DNA of 64,000 nt from an uncultured Alphaproteobacteria bacterium (GCA_944392265.1 CALXWC010000006.1:133-64132), one strand, 5' to 3'; numbered from the stretch's first letter, positions 37,478 through 48,753 are shown. Notes: a model not told the origin generated them from the sequence alone. Translations and numbers: made by a program.

Positions 37478-37520
37478 ACAAAAAAAGAGAAAAGCATGTA
37501 AGCTTTTCTCTTTTTTTGTT
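37478..37520. terminator. bidirectional rho-independent terminator
   Basis: aaaaaaAGAGAAAAGCatgtaaGCTTTTCTCTtttttt lies between the convergent FHA gene and ssb. Confidence 0.8.
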
Positions 37521-37533
37521 TTTATTTCATACA

Positions 37534-37995
37534 TTAAAACGGAATATCGTCATCCAAATCAGCAGAAGGTGCTGCAGGAGCTGCATCCCAACCGGAAGCA
37601 GAACCTGAGAAAACATCATTACCACCGGCCGGAACACCATCGCCACGACCATCTAACAAAACCAATGTACCGGCATAGTTTTGCAAAACGATTTCTGTTG
37701 TATAGCGTTCTTGTCCGTTATTATCTTCCCATCTGCGAGTTTGGAGCTGACCTTCCAAATAAACTTTAGAGCCTTTGCGCAAATATCTTTCGGCAATATC
37801 AGCCAATTGAGCATTAAAAATAACCACGCGGTGCCATTCTGTTCTTTCTTTTCTCTCACCGGAGGCTTTATCTTTCCAAACATCAGAGGTTGCAATATTC
37901 AAATTAACGATTTTTGTACCGTTGGCTGTATTGCTTACTTTCGGGTCTGCACCCAAATTACCAACCAAAATCACTTTATTAATGCTACTGACCAT
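37534..37995 (-). CDS. ssb: single-stranded DNA-binding protein
   Basis: OB-fold N-terminus ([14 protein letters not shown]), a Gly-rich linker and the C-terminal DDDIPF tip. Confidence 0.95.
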   Translation of the reverse strand: MVSSINKVILVGNLGADPKVSNTANGTKIVNLNIATSDVWKDKASGERKERTEWHRVVIFNAQLADIAERYLRKGSKVYLEGQLQTRRWEDNNGQERYTTEIVLQNYAGTLVLLDGRGDGVPAGGNDVFSGSASGWDAAPAAPSADLDDDIPF

Positions 37996-38072
37996 AATAT
38001 CACCTTACTTAATCTAATAAATTAAAAAACTGCTACCGATTATATATGGAAAAAAAGAGAAAGAAACAAAAA

Positions 38073-39188
38073 TCAATAAACCTGTGTATATTCTTTATCT
38101 TTATATAAATAAATAGAGTAGCCCACGGATGTTTGCGGATATCCGTTCAAATAAGAAATATTTCCCCAAGGCATATTAAGCTGAAACTGTTTATTTTTAT
38201 TAATCAAAGAATTAAAAGAATAAGAATTTGCTCTTTTCACCATATCTGCCCATAACTGCACGGCAATGTAAGAATATACGGTCAGACCTTTGGGGTCAAT
38301 TCCGTGCAAACGTAATCTAACCAAAGTTTCCGTAAAATCAGGATTATTCACAAAGTTAGGCAAAGCCATAAAATATGTGTTGTTGACATATTTCTCATAT
38401 TCTTCAAATAAATAGTTTTGAACTTGATATTGGTTCACAAAAATTGCCAAATTTTTATCTTCTTTACGCAAGGCTTTTAAGGTTTTTCCAACCGCTTTTT
38501 TATCACCCAAAATCATCACGACTTTAGCTTGATACTTCATCACGTCTTCAGCTAACTTATCATAATCTTTTTTATAGCGGATAAAATTAAAACTTTTGAA
38601 ATCAAGATGTTTTCCGGCCTTAAAAAACTCTTCCTGCAGAGCCTCAGCAATCCCGATAACATCTTTATCGGCACCGTTGTAAATCAAGGCCATTTTTTGC
38701 AAATCAAAATTTTTGAGATAATATGTAAAAAAGCTCAAGCTTTGCAAGTCACTGTTTCCCGTTAACAAAAACAAGCTTTGCGGCTTATCTGCAAGCTCAT
38801 ATCTGCTGATAGGGGTTGGGATAATTTGCAAGATTTTGGCTTTTGCATAAATCTGAGCAGAACGGTTTAATGCATTCTGACAAAAAGGTCCGATGACCAA
38901 ATCCATTTTATCTTGTCTTGAAGAAACAGACATCATCTGAGCCGTAGATACGGCCAACACATCATCACATTGGTCATCTACCTCAATCAGACGAATTTTC
39001 TCGCCTTTCAACCCGCCGGATTTATTCAACTCTTCTACGGCAATTTTGGCCCCTGTAATCAGCTCTTTTCCAAGCGGAGCAAACTCTCCTTGCATCGGAG
39101 CGACAACGGCCACATTAATATCTGCCAAAGCAGAAAAAGGTAAAATAAGGGCTGCAGACAAAATTATTTTGGATAAAATTTTAAACAT
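38073..39188 (-). CDS. periplasmic solute-binding protein, LivJ/LivK (branched-chain amino acid type) family
   Basis: Signal peptide, then INVAVVAPMQGEFAPLGKELITGAKIAVEELNKSGGLKGEKIRLIEVDDQCD, typical of type I PBPs of the Leu/Ile/Val family. No cognate permease or ATPase genes are adjacent. Confidence 0.7.
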   Translation of the reverse strand: MFKILSKIILSAALILPFSALADINVAVVAPMQGEFAPLGKELITGAKIAVEELNKSGGLKGEKIRLIEVDDQCDDVLAVSTAQMMSVSSRQDKMDLVIGPFCQNALNRSAQIYAKAKILQIIPTPISRYELADKPQSLFLLTGNSDLQSLSFFTYYLKNFDLQKMALIYNGADKDVIGIAEALQEEFFKAGKHLDFKSFNFIRYKKDYDKLAEDVMKYQAKVVMILGDKKAVGKTLKALRKEDKNLAIFVNQYQVQNYLFEEYEKYVNNTYFMALPNFVNNPDFTETLVRLRLHGIDPKGLTVYSYIAVQLWADMVKRANSYSFNSLINKNKQFQLNMPWGNISYLNGYPQTSVGYSIYLYKDKEYTQVY

Positions 39189-39268
39189 ATAATCTTAAAC
39201 ACTTTATTTTCAACACAACCCTTAATAATAATTTCTTTTTCTATTTTTGCAAGAGCTTATTTAGGAAA

Positions 39269-40219
39269 TCAGCCAATTTGCTGTAAATCATCCAAAGGAA
39301 CGATTTCGGCTAAGACATCCCCTTCCCAAACAATATGTCCGGAGGTTAAAACCTGCAGTATTCCGTCCACGGAAGCCAAAACAGGCTGAACTTCGGCCAA
39401 ATTATCGGCAACGGCAATTTTTCCGATAACATCTCCTTTGTTAACTTTACTTCCTAACTGAGCTTCAGGATAAAAAAGTCCGCAAGAAGGAGAAAAAATT
39501 TTATTCCTTTTTTCAAAGCGATAAACAGGAGATTTGTTTGTATTACTTTGAGATTTTTCAATTAATTCTAAGTTTTCTAAAACCGCGCAAACAGCATTGA
39601 AAACCAAATTAATTTTTTCAGGCACATATTCGTTATGTCCGCCACATTCAATGGTTATATTGGCAACACCTGCTCTGTCTAAAGCCGCATTAAACGTGCC
39701 GTGCAAAGAAGGAATGCTGGCATCATCTGAATATTGATTATAGGGTAATCCGCAAGCTTTAACCATGGGCTCATAATCAAATTTAGTATAAATTGCAAAC
39801 GGATTAGAGCTTTTTGAGGTATGCAAATCCAAAACAAAATCAGCTTTTGTCGCCAATTCAAAAATAGCGGCACATACACGAGCGTTAACATCTCCGTCTT
39901 TTTTTCCGGGGAAGCAACGGTTAAAATCTTTTCCGTCAAGCATGCTAAATTTGCCAAAGGTAGAAAAATATGTTCGTTGCATCCACGCCATTGGATTAGC
40001 ATAAGGCACAATATGCACCTCACCACATTTAAGATTATTCATCAAAAAAGAATGCAGTTGGTACAAAGCCCATTGAGAGGTTTCTCCGCCGTGCAAACCG
40101 GATTGAATATATAAAACCTTGCCGGCTTTCGGGGCTTGATAAACAAACTCGTTTAAGCAAATTTCGGTTGCCCCGCCGACCATTAAAACTTTATGTTTTT
40201 TTACTGAATAATCAATCAT
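39269..40219 (-). CDS. succinylglutamate desuccinylase/aspartoacylase (AstE/AspA, M14-like) family amidohydrolase
   Basis: SGLHGGE zinc-ligand motif near the N-terminus, a later DLH motif, and a C-terminal beta-barrel-like segment GDVIGKIAV..DGILQV..GDVLAEIV typical of this family. Confidence 0.6.
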   Translation of the reverse strand: MIDYSVKKHKVLMVGGATEICLNEFVYQAPKAGKVLYIQSGLHGGETSQWALYQLHSFLMNNLKCGEVHIVPYANPMAWMQRTYFSTFGKFSMLDGKDFNRCFPGKKDGDVNARVCAAIFELATKADFVLDLHTSKSSNPFAIYTKFDYEPMVKACGLPYNQYSDDASIPSLHGTFNAALDRAGVANITIECGGHNEYVPEKINLVFNAVCAVLENLELIEKSQSNTNKSPVYRFEKRNKIFSPSCGLFYPEAQLGSKVNKGDVIGKIAVADNLAEVQPVLASVDGILQVLTSGHIVWEGDVLAEIVPLDDLQQIG

Positions 40220-41903
40220 GTGTTATTCCATCGTTAAAGTTTGTCATCAAAATTTGTTTATTATAATCTTTACCAAATAAAGATGTATACAAACTATTAA
40301 CTATTGGCAACCATTTTTTATTCAAGACAACTTTGTTGTTGGAAATATTAAACGGAGAAGAACCGTTTTTAGCTTTACCGACAATACGAACAATCTGTGC
40401 TCCGCTCGGAACTTCTTGTCCTTTTTTAAGGCTAATTCCGGCCAAGCCCACATAAATACGATCTTGAGATAAATCAATATTATAACCAAAATCATGGTCT
40501 TTTGAAAAATCCCATTTCCAAGAACCGTCGGCTTGTTTATCCAAAGCATAAATTCCGGGCTTAATATCAATAACAGAAATAGCTGTTCCTTGTTGTTTGC
40601 CCATCATTTTAATATAAAAAGTACCGTCACTTTGCAAAGATTGTTTATACAAGGCATCAGAATTATCTTTTACTTCTCTAAACACGTCCATTACTTGTGG
40701 GTTTGTGCAATCTGCATAGCTTGCCAAAAAGGCCAATCTGTGAATTCCGACCAATCCCGAATTCTCAGCGTCCAAACTCAATTGTTCGGTTGGTCCTTGT
40801 TGACGGTCATTAACCTCATTAATGTAAATATGATTATCTTTATCTATAATCAAATCAGCGCCGCACAAACCGACTTTACCGCATTTAGCCATCAAAGAGC
40901 CGAGTTTTTGAGCAATTTCACCAACTTTATCATTAATTTCATCAGGAAACTCATATCCCAAAGAGTTTCCCACGCCATTAGACGGACTTCTGGTTAAATT
41001 TTTATCACCAATGGCTTTTAAGGATGCACGAGCCGCTAAAACAACCGTGTTTTCATCATTAATGCCAAGTCCCTGACCTTTTTCAAGCAAAGAATAAATG
41101 GTATCGGGATTAAAAGCATCGTCTTTTGCTCCGAGCATACCTTTGCTCATGCTTTTAGTTTGTTCATCAGCCACCAAGTTACCGACAAACATAGACATAT
41201 TGCTACAAAATCCTTCAATGCATTTTGCAATTTTTACGCTACCTCTTTGTTGAGCCAAATTTTGCTTAAATGCTTCAAAATCTTTAACAATGCTGGTTCC
41301 TTTTCCGCCACCGCTTTCAAAGTTTTCGGCACCGCAAGATTGAATAACCACTTTGCCGCTTTGACCTTGATATTTGGCATAAAGTTTATCCATATCTTCT
41401 TCGGTCAAATCTTTCACATTCACAACCTCTGACGGGATAAAACAATCTTGCAAACCGGCTTCAAACAAAATCTTCTGCAAATTTGTTTTTTCTTCAAAGA
41501 AAAGTCTTAAATTCTGTTCGTTGGAAGCTTCTATTTTAGCACCCTTGAGAGCAAGGTTACCTGACCAATATTTTCCGACCGGAGCTTCCACAAAAAGAGC
41601 AACCTTTTTACCTTTCACAATTTCTGTCGGAATTGCACTGACGATTTGGTGAATTTCTTTTGGAGTTTCGCTGATACCTGTTGTATCAAACCCCGGAGAA
41701 TATTGAGTAATCCCTTTAAAGAGCTGTTGTTTCGGAGCACCGCCGGCAATAATGGCTTTACCACCTTTTGCGACAACCTCTTCCAAAATTCCGCCACGTT
41801 GCGGATAAAAAGCCGGCATAACAAACAAAACATCGTTTTTGCTCAAATTAGCAACAGTATCATCAAACAAAACTTTAACTTTTTTACTCAAATCGGAAAA
41901 CAT
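40212..41903 (-). CDS. ATP-grasp family ligase (unknown substrate)
   Basis: GGAGGG RBS before the ATG at 41903. The C-terminal catalytic region GLCGADLIIDKDNHIYINEVNDRQQG fits the ATP-grasp E-x-N-x-R metal-binding motif, and there is a Gly-rich loop ESGGGKG. Overlaps the downstream amidohydrolase gene by 8 nt. Confidence 0.5.
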   Translation of the reverse strand: MFSDLSKKVKVLFDDTVANLSKNDVLFVMPAFYPQRGGILEEVVAKGGKAIIAGGAPKQQLFKGITQYSPGFDTTGISETPKEIHQIVSAIPTEIVKGKKVALFVEAPVGKYWSGNLALKGAKIEASNEQNLRLFFEEKTNLQKILFEAGLQDCFIPSEVVNVKDLTEEDMDKLYAKYQGQSGKVVIQSCGAENFESGGGKGTSIVKDFEAFKQNLAQQRGSVKIAKCIEGFCSNMSMFVGNLVADEQTKSMSKGMLGAKDDAFNPDTIYSLLEKGQGLGINDENTVVLAARASLKAIGDKNLTRSPSNGVGNSLGYEFPDEINDKVGEIAQKLGSLMAKCGKVGLCGADLIIDKDNHIYINEVNDRQQGPTEQLSLDAENSGLVGIHRLAFLASYADCTNPQVMDVFREVKDNSDALYKQSLQSDGTFYIKMMGKQQGTAISVIDIKPGIYALDKQADGSWKWDFSKDHDFGYNIDLSQDRIYVGLAGISLKKGQEVPSGAQIVRIVGKAKNGSSPFNISNNKVVLNKKWLPIVNSLYTSLFGKDYNKQILMTNFNDGITHD

Positions 41904-42208
41904 ATTCCCTCCACAAAATTGAAACACCGTTTTAACGGTTAAATAACTAAAAGACAAGGATTAATTAGAAAAAAAATTTTAAAATAAAATAACAGCCCCC
42001 AAGGAGCGTCGGAGAGAAAGTCTTATAGACTCAATATGTAAAATATCATTTTTCATCATAGTGAGAGCATAAATACCACAATCACGTTTCAATGTCAATC
42101 ATTTTGTCTAAAATCGGTGAAAAAAAATATCACAATTTCTGTTGCCAGAAAAAAAATATGTGTTTATATTGTGCAAAAGAACAAAATAAAAACAAAATCG
42201 AGGCAAAA

Positions 42209-45031
42209 ATGGCAAATGATTTTATTGAAATAAAAGGCGGTAGAGAACATAACCTCAAAAACATTGATGTTAATATTCCCAAAAACAAATTAACCGTCAT
42301 CACCGGTCTTTCCGGCTCGGGAAAATCATCTTTGGCATTTGATACCATTTATGCCGAAGGACAACGCCGCTATGTAGAAAGCTTGTCTGCCTACGCCCGC
42401 CAATTTTTAGATTTAATGAAAAAACCAGATGTAGATTCGATTGAAGGTTTATCTCCGGCTATCTCCATTGAACAAAAAACCACATCACACAACCCACGTT
42501 CAACCGTTGGCACGGTAACCGAAATTTATGACTATATGCGTTTATTGTGGGCCAGAGTCGGAACACCCTATTCTCCGGCCACAGGTCTGCCGATTGAATC
42601 TCAAACCGTATCGCAAATGGTTGATAAGATTTTGGAATTGCCTCACGGAGATAAGTTAATTTTGTCTGCCCCGATTGCCAGAGGCAAAAAAGGCGAATTT
42701 AAAAAAGAAATTGAAAATTTACAAAAACAAGGTTTTCAACGCATAAAAATTGATAATGAAATTTATGACATTGAAGAAGTTCCGGCCTTAAACAAAAATC
42801 AAAAACACGATATTGAAGTTGTTGTAGACCGTATTGTGGTCAAAGACGGTATTGCCGAACGTCTGGCTCAGTCTGTTGAAGTTGCCTTAAAATTAAGCGA
42901 TGGCTTGCTTTATGCTGAAAATCTGACCCAAAACAACAAAAGCATTTTTTCTTCAAAATTTGCTTGCCCTGTTTCCGGTTTTACGATTGAAGAAATTGAA
43001 CCTCGCTTGTTTTCTTTTAACAACCCTCAAGGAGCTTGTCCGCATTGTGACGGTATCGGCGCAAAATTATATATGGATCCGGATTTGGTTGTCCCCAATC
43101 CAAACTTATCTTTGGCTCAAGGAGCGATTGCACCATGGGAAGCCGGCAAATCTGCTTTTCATCGCCAGACCATAGATTCTCTTGCCGAGTTTTTGCACAT
43201 TTCTCCAAACACACCCTGGAAAGATTTACCCGAAAGTGCAAAACAAGTCATTCTCTATGGCTCAGGCAACATCTGCGTTCCGATGTATTATTCTCGATTT
43301 GTCAGTGAAAAACCTTTTGAAGGTGTAATACCAAATATGGAACGTCGCTTTTTAGAAACAGATTCAAGCTGGGTCAGAGAAGAGTTTTCAAAATATCAAT
43401 CTGCCGCTCCTTGTGAGTTCTGTCATGGCAAACGTTTGCGTCCAGAAGCCTTAGCCGTTAAAATCGGCGGGTTAGACATTATGGATGCCTCAGAAATGTC
43501 CATTCAAAAAGCTCTAACTTGGTTTGGCGGCATTGAAGCAACATTATCTCCGAAAAAACAAGAGATTGCACACAAGATATTAAAGGAAATCATTGAAAGA
43601 TTAACCTTCCTAAACAATGTCGGATTAGATTATTTAACCTTATCTCGCCAATCCGGAAGCTTATCAGGTGGTGAAGCTCAGCGCATTCGTTTAGCCTCTC
43701 AAATCGGCTCAGGCTTAACCGGTGTGCTTTATGTTTTAGATGAACCCTCCATCGGTCTGCACCAAAGAGATAATGACCGTCTGCTTGCCACTCTCACCCG
43801 TTTAAGAGATATCGGCAATACCGTTATTGTGGTTGAACATGATGAAGACGCAATCCGCGCAGCAGATTATCTGATAGATATGGGCCCCGGAGCCGGACAA
43901 CTCGGTGGTGAAATTACCGCTGAAGGAACGGTAAAAGAAGTTTTGAAAAATCCAAAGAGTTTAACCGCACAATATTTAAACGGTAACAAAACAATTGAAG
44001 TCCCCTCAATAAGAAGAAAAGGCAACGGAAAGTTTATTGGCGTTACGGGGGCCAAAACCAACAACCTTAAAAATGTTGACTTAAAAATCCCTCTGGGCAC
44101 ATTAACTTGCGTAACCGGAGTTTCCGGCGGCGGAAAATCTTCTCTGATTTTAGAAACCTTGTGCCAAGCCATCAATAAAGAATTAAACGGCACCAGAGGC
44201 ATGACCGGAAAATATGACAAACTTATTGGGCTTGAAAATATAGATAAAATTATTGAAATTGACCAATCCCCAATCGGCAGAACACCTCGTTCCAATCCGG
44301 CAACATATACCGGTGTATTCACCAACATCAGAGATTGGTTTGCCTCTTTGCCAGAAGCAAAAGCCAGAGGCTATAATGCCGGAAGATTCTCTTTCAATGT
44401 GGCAGGTGGACGTTGTGAGGCTTGCAAAGGTGATGGCGTTACCAAAATTGAGATGCACTTTTTACCTGATGTTTATGTAGCTTGCGATGAATGCAAGGGC
44501 AAAAGATTTAATCGAGAAACTTTAGAGATTAAATACAAAGGAAAATCCATTGCCGATGTCTTGGATATGACAGTTGATGAAGCCTATGCATTTTTTGAAA
44601 ATATTCCTTCAATTAAAAACCGTCTGGATTTGTTACGCAAAGTAGGTCTTGGGTACATTCACTTAGGACAACAAGCAACCACCTTGTCCGGCGGTGAAGC
44701 TCAACGCGTAAAGTTGTCTAAAGAACTTTCTAAACGAGCAACCGGCAAAACACTTTATATATTAGATGAACCCACGACCGGATTGCATTTTGAAGATATC
44801 AATAAGCTTTTGAAAGTTTTGCAAACATTGGTTGACCAAGGAAACTCCATTATTGTCATTGAGCATAATTTAGATGTGATAAAAACCGCAGACTATATTG
44901 TTGATATCGGCCCGGAAGGTGGTGACGGCGGTGGAAAAATTATTGCTCAAGGAACACCTGAAGAAGTATCTGAAGTTGCACAGAGCTACACGGCAAAATA
45001 CTTAAAAGACAAGCTCAAACCGACTAAATAA
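42209..45031 (+). CDS. uvrA: excinuclease ABC subunit A
   Basis: [14 protein letters not shown] and [10 protein letters not shown] Walker A motifs, zinc modules ([14 protein letters not shown]) and LSGGEAQR signatures. GAGG RBS before the ATG at 42209. The track start at 42092 adds an implausible 39-aa extension. Confidence 0.95.
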   Translation: MANDFIEIKGGREHNLKNIDVNIPKNKLTVITGLSGSGKSSLAFDTIYAEGQRRYVESLSAYARQFLDLMKKPDVDSIEGLSPAISIEQKTTSHNPRSTVGTVTEIYDYMRLLWARVGTPYSPATGLPIESQTVSQMVDKILELPHGDKLILSAPIARGKKGEFKKEIENLQKQGFQRIKIDNEIYDIEEVPALNKNQKHDIEVVVDRIVVKDGIAERLAQSVEVALKLSDGLLYAENLTQNNKSIFSSKFACPVSGFTIEEIEPRLFSFNNPQGACPHCDGIGAKLYMDPDLVVPNPNLSLAQGAIAPWEAGKSAFHRQTIDSLAEFLHISPNTPWKDLPESAKQVILYGSGNICVPMYYSRFVSEKPFEGVIPNMERRFLETDSSWVREEFSKYQSAAPCEFCHGKRLRPEALAVKIGGLDIMDASEMSIQKALTWFGGIEATLSPKKQEIAHKILKEIIERLTFLNNVGLDYLTLSRQSGSLSGGEAQRIRLASQIGSGLTGVLYVLDEPSIGLHQRDNDRLLATLTRLRDIGNTVIVVEHDEDAIRAADYLIDMGPGAGQLGGEITAEGTVKEVLKNPKSLTAQYLNGNKTIEVPSIRRKGNGKFIGVTGAKTNNLKNVDLKIPLGTLTCVTGVSGGGKSSLILETLCQAINKELNGTRGMTGKYDKLIGLENIDKIIEIDQSPIGRTPRSNPATYTGVFTNIRDWFASLPEAKARGYNAGRFSFNVAGGRCEACKGDGVTKIEMHFLPDVYVACDECKGKRFNRETLEIKYKGKSIADVLDMTVDEAYAFFENIPSIKNRLDLLRKVGLGYIHLGQQATTLSGGEAQRVKLSKELSKRATGKTLYILDEPTTGLHFEDINKLLKVLQTLVDQGNSIIVIEHNLDVIKTADYIVDIGPEGGDGGGKIIAQGTPEEVSEVAQSYTAKYLKDKLKPTK

Positions 45032-46055
45032 TATCATTTGCTTTTTTGCCTCTAACCAAAAGAGGAAAAGCAAGACGATTTTTTTCTCGGTGAGTATTAT
45101 AGCTTTTTTGCAAAGCCGTTTTCAGCGGATATAAAGGATTCGGCCTTCCGTTGGCTTCATATTTTGCTCCCAATGCCATAGATAAGTTTTTCACATCTTT
45201 GGGGTAATAATTGTGGTGTTGAACCACATACCCCAAAAATCTTTCCATTGCATGTGCTAAATTATGATTCACCTTATTTTGCTTATTTAAATTTAAGGCA
45301 TAATGTCTATAAGCTTTTGCCACATTAATAACTGCTAACTTATCAATCGGGGTTTGATTATTTATATATTCATCTTCAAACAACGTTGGTGTTTTTTGAA
45401 ACAAAGCCGCATGCGTTTTTTGGCTTAAAAGATATATTGGATGCAAAGAGATATATTGTTCGGGAAAATTTTCAGAAATCTTAAAAAACATTTCTGAATA
45501 ATCTTTAATCAGATTATAAGAAGATAAGTTTGTCTGTTCTGAAAAGTTTCTAAGATAAGGAAAGAAAAGTGCCGCATTTTTTTTGTAATTATCTTTATTA
45601 CGGTATTTTTTATCTAAAATCTTTTTCATTTTAGATAAAATCAGCATTGCCTGTTCACGTTTAACCTTATTATCTAAATCTACTCGAGATAGTTTTTGAT
45701 AAAATTCGCTTGAAAAAAGCCCATAATTTTTAGTTGATAAAACATAGTTCAAATAAGCCAATTTATCATTATCGGAAAGAACAAATTTATCAACATTCTT
45801 ATTAATCAAGGAAACCGCTTCTTTTTTAAAAGGCGTGGAATAAAAATTTTTTAATTTCCAAATTAAGTTTCCGTGAGCCTTTTTTTGTTCTTCGGCAGAA
45901 GAAAACTTTTGCATCAAAAAGCTTTGCATTTTTTCATGCAATTGATACACCGATTTTCCCTGATACAAACCTCTCGAATAATATTTGGCATAATAGCCAA
46001 CAGTTTGCATAAGGCTATCTAAAGATACATTTTCTTTCATGCTGATTTTGTCCAT
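45024..46055 (-). CDS. hypothetical protein
   Basis: 343 aa, Lys/Asn/Tyr-rich and helical. No family recognised. Its 3' end overlaps the uvrA 3' end by 8 nt (convergent). Confidence 0.5.
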   Translation of the reverse strand: MDKISMKENVSLDSLMQTVGYYAKYYSRGLYQGKSVYQLHEKMQSFLMQKFSSAEEQKKAHGNLIWKLKNFYSTPFKKEAVSLINKNVDKFVLSDNDKLAYLNYVLSTKNYGLFSSEFYQKLSRVDLDNKVKREQAMLILSKMKKILDKKYRNKDNYKKNAALFFPYLRNFSEQTNLSSYNLIKDYSEMFFKISENFPEQYISLHPIYLLSQKTHAALFQKTPTLFEDEYINNQTPIDKLAVINVAKAYRHYALNLNKQNKVNHNLAHAMERFLGYVVQHHNYYPKDVKNLSMALGAKYEANGRPNPLYPLKTALQKSYNTHREKNRLAFPLLVRGKKANDII

Positions 46056-46142
46056 TTTTATAAATTATACATAATAATATATATTTGACAAGCAAAAAAA
46101 AAGCCTCATTTCTGAGACTTTTTTTATTAAAGAAACAAGTTC

Positions 46143-46877
46143 TTATTTTGCACGAGCTTCATCAACGGCTTGTTGAACAACAGCTTCATCAATTGTTTGA
46201 ACCAATTTACCGTTAATAATCATAGCTGGAACACCGTTAACTTGAACTTTGCTTGCCAAAGTAGCGTTATCTTTCATAATTTGTTCAATTTTAGCAGAAT
46301 TCATATCAGCTTTCATTTGTTCCAAATTAACGCCTGCTTTAACAGCCAATTCATCAACTTTAGCTTCACTCAAAGCACCTTGGTTGGTCATAATTGCATC
46401 CAAAACTTCAGCATATTTGCCTTGCAAGTTAGCAGCCAAAGCAGCTTTAGCAGCGTAAGCAGAAGCCGGAGATACGAAAGCCATTTCTTTCAAAACAACT
46501 TTTACATCCGGATTCTTAGCAATGATGTTTTTCAAGCTTGGATAAAGAGCGTGGCAGTATCCGCAAGAAAAGTCAAAGAATTCGGCAATAACAATTTTAC
46601 CATCTTTATTTCCGATAACCGGAGAATCTGGATTATTGTTAATTTCTTCAATATTCTCATCAATCAATTTTTGAGTTTGAGCAAGTGCGTTTTCACGCAT
46701 TTTTTGTTCATAATTCTGCATAGCATTGATAATGATTTCCGGCTTTTCGAGAATAACTGCTTCAACATCAACAGGTTGATTTTCTTTATTATTCATCATA
46801 TTCATAGCCAAAGCTATACCAGAAACGATTAATGCAGCTACAGAAATAACATTAGTAACAATTTTATTCATTATCAT
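46143..46877 (-). CDS. DsbA-family thiol:disulfide oxidoreductase, membrane-anchored
   Basis: N-terminal anchor, then FFDFSCGYCHALYPSL (CxxC) and a DsbA-like C-terminus (VNGVPAMIINGK). Confidence 0.8.
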   Translation of the reverse strand: MIMNKIVTNVISVAALIVSGIALAMNMMNNKENQPVDVEAVILEKPEIIINAMQNYEQKMRENALAQTQKLIDENIEEINNNPDSPVIGNKDGKIVIAEFFDFSCGYCHALYPSLKNIIAKNPDVKVVLKEMAFVSPASAYAAKAALAANLQGKYAEVLDAIMTNQGALSEAKVDELAVKAGVNLEQMKADMNSAKIEQIMKDNATLASKVQVNGVPAMIINGKLVQTIDEAVVQQAVDEARAK

Positions 46878-47012
46878 ATTCCTTAAGGTTTAAGACATTT
46901 GAGGATTTCCTCATTATCAAATATGAGATTATAACCAAATTATTTAAAATTACTTTAATTCTATTTTTTTTCTTTTTTAATAATCACAAAAAGATTAAGA
47001 GGAAGAATTTCT

Positions 47013-47672
47013 ATGTTTCAAATAAAACTGTCATTATTTTCAAAAACAAAATCATTAGAAAACAAAATTGATTTATTTCACGATAAAATCATAGATGTTG
47101 CCATGACTTTTAAAAGAGCCATTACAGTATTTTTAAAAGAACAACGCAGCGAAGAATACAGAAAATTATGCAAACAAATCAAAAACATTGAGCATGACGC
47201 AGATAGTTTAAGAAGAGATATTGAAAATAAACTTTATTCTCATAATCTTATTCCTGATTTAAGAGCCGATGTTTTGGAACTGGTTGAAAACCTAGACCGT
47301 ATTATCAATCGTTTTGATGAAGTTGCATATAAATTTTATATTGAACGCCCTGACTTTCCGCAAGAATATCATTCTCGCATTAAAGAATTATGTGAACAGG
47401 TCAGTGATTGTGCTGAAAATATGGCGATTGCTTCAAGAGCTTTTTTCAGAGATTTCAGCATAGTAAGAGATTATTCTCAAAAAGTGTATTTTATGGAAGC
47501 TGAAAGTGACTTAACCTCAGGTAAAATGAAAGAAGCCATTTTTGATTCGGATATGCCTTTAGCAAACAAACTTCAGCTAAGCAGCATTATCGGTGAAGTT
47601 GCCGATATTGCCGATATTGCTGAAGATTGCGTTGATGAACTTCTGATTTTCACCATCAAAAGAGATATCTAA
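47013..47672 (+). CDS. DUF47/PhoU-like Pit accessory protein
   Basis: 219 aa helical protein with EHDADSLRRDI and AEDCVDEL motifs, as in the TIGR00153 family. Translationally coupled (TAATG) to the PiT gene. Confidence 0.7.
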   Translation: MFQIKLSLFSKTKSLENKIDLFHDKIIDVAMTFKRAITVFLKEQRSEEYRKLCKQIKNIEHDADSLRRDIENKLYSHNLIPDLRADVLELVENLDRIINRFDEVAYKFYIERPDFPQEYHSRIKELCEQVSDCAENMAIASRAFFRDFSIVRDYSQKVYFMEAESDLTSGKMKEAIFDSDMPLANKLQLSSIIGEVADIADIAEDCVDELLIFTIKRDI

Positions 47673-48721
47673 TGGACATAAGTTACTTTATATTTTTAAG
47701 CAGCGGCTTGTTTTTAGGCTGGTCTTTAGGAGCTAACGATGCTGCAAATGTTTTTGGAACGGCTGTGGGGAGCAAAATGGTTCGCTTCAAAACAGCTGCT
47801 TGCATTGCCTCTTTTTTCATAATTCTCGGAGCCGTATTTGGTGGATCCGGAACCAGTAAAACTCTAACTGAACTCGGTACGGTTAATGAATTGGCTGGTG
47901 CGTTCATGGTTGCACTTTCAGCAGCCTTAGCGGTATATTGGATGGTAAACAGCAGTACCCCCGTATCAACGACACAAGCCATTGTCGGAAGTATTGTCGG
48001 ATGGAATATTTATTGCGGATTTGATACCAACACCGTTATTTTGGCCAAAATCGTCAGTACATGGATTATTTGTCCTATTTTATCCGGATGTATTTCCGTT
48101 ATCTTATACTATTTAATCAAGGCCTATGTTAAAAGGGGTAAAATACACCTCATAAGACAAGATTTATACACAAGAATTGGTTTAATTTTGGCCTGCGCTT
48201 TTGGTTCATACGCATTGGGAGCCAACAATATTGCCAACGTAATGGGTGTATTTGTTGATGCCTCTCCTTTTCATGCGGTTAATATTGGAAAGATTCAACT
48301 AAGCGGAACTCAAATTTTGTTTTTTATCGGCGGTTTAGCCATCAGCTGCGGTGTATTCACCTATTCAAAAAAAATCATTAAAACAATCGGAACAGGTGTA
48401 ATGTCCATGTCTCCGATTATTGCATGGATTGTTGTAATTTCTCAATCTATTGTCTTGTTTTTATTTGCCTCTCAAGGCTTAAAAGAGATAATGATGAATA
48501 TGGGATTAGCCCCTCTTCCGTTAGTTCCGGTTTCAAGCTCTCAGGCTGTTATCGGTGCCGTTATCGGAATTGGCATAGCCAAAGGTGGCAGAGAAGTAAA
48601 CTGGTCTATTTTAGGCAAAGTAGCCTTAGGTTGGGTAACCACACCAATTATCTCCGCATCAATTTGTTTTGTATGTTTATTTTTCTTAGAAAATGTTTTT
48701 AATTTGGTCGTATATCACTAA
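47672..48721 (+). CDS. pit: inorganic phosphate transporter, PiT family
   Basis: GANDAANVFGTAVGS and a second half with GANNIANVMG, the duplicated PHO4 signature. Polytopic. Confidence 0.9.
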   Translation: MDISYFIFLSSGLFLGWSLGANDAANVFGTAVGSKMVRFKTAACIASFFIILGAVFGGSGTSKTLTELGTVNELAGAFMVALSAALAVYWMVNSSTPVSTTQAIVGSIVGWNIYCGFDTNTVILAKIVSTWIICPILSGCISVILYYLIKAYVKRGKIHLIRQDLYTRIGLILACAFGSYALGANNIANVMGVFVDASPFHAVNIGKIQLSGTQILFFIGGLAISCGVFTYSKKIIKTIGTGVMSMSPIIAWIVVISQSIVLFLFASQGLKEIMMNMGLAPLPLVPVSSSQAVIGAVIGIGIAKGGREVNWSILGKVALGWVTTPIISASICFVCLFFLENVFNLVVYH

Positions 48722-48751
48722 AAAAAAGTGCTTAAAAAGCACTTTTTTTTA
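48721..48751. terminator. bidirectional rho-independent terminator
   Basis: aaaaaaAGTGCTTaaaAAGCACTtttttttt lies between pit and the convergent 48754 gene. Confidence 0.75.
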
Positions 48752-48753
48752 TT

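Noticed and set aside
41991-42030. A locally GC-rich patch (agcccccaaggagcgtcggagagaaagtcttatagactc) in the AT-rich divergent region between the ATP-grasp gene and uvrA; possible riboswitch or sRNA.
   Set aside because: I could not fold it into, or match it to, any riboswitch consensus I know (glycine, guanidine, SAM, TPP and so on). Only a 5-bp AGTCT/AGACT hairpin is evident. It would need an Rfam/Infernal scan and conservation data.
42092-42208. Cys-rich 39-aa N-terminal extension of UvrA suggested by the ORF track ([30 protein letters not shown]...).
   Set aside because: Canonical UvrA begins at [19 protein letters not shown], which has its own GAGG RBS at 42209. The extension is AT-rich intergenic sequence that happens to be open.
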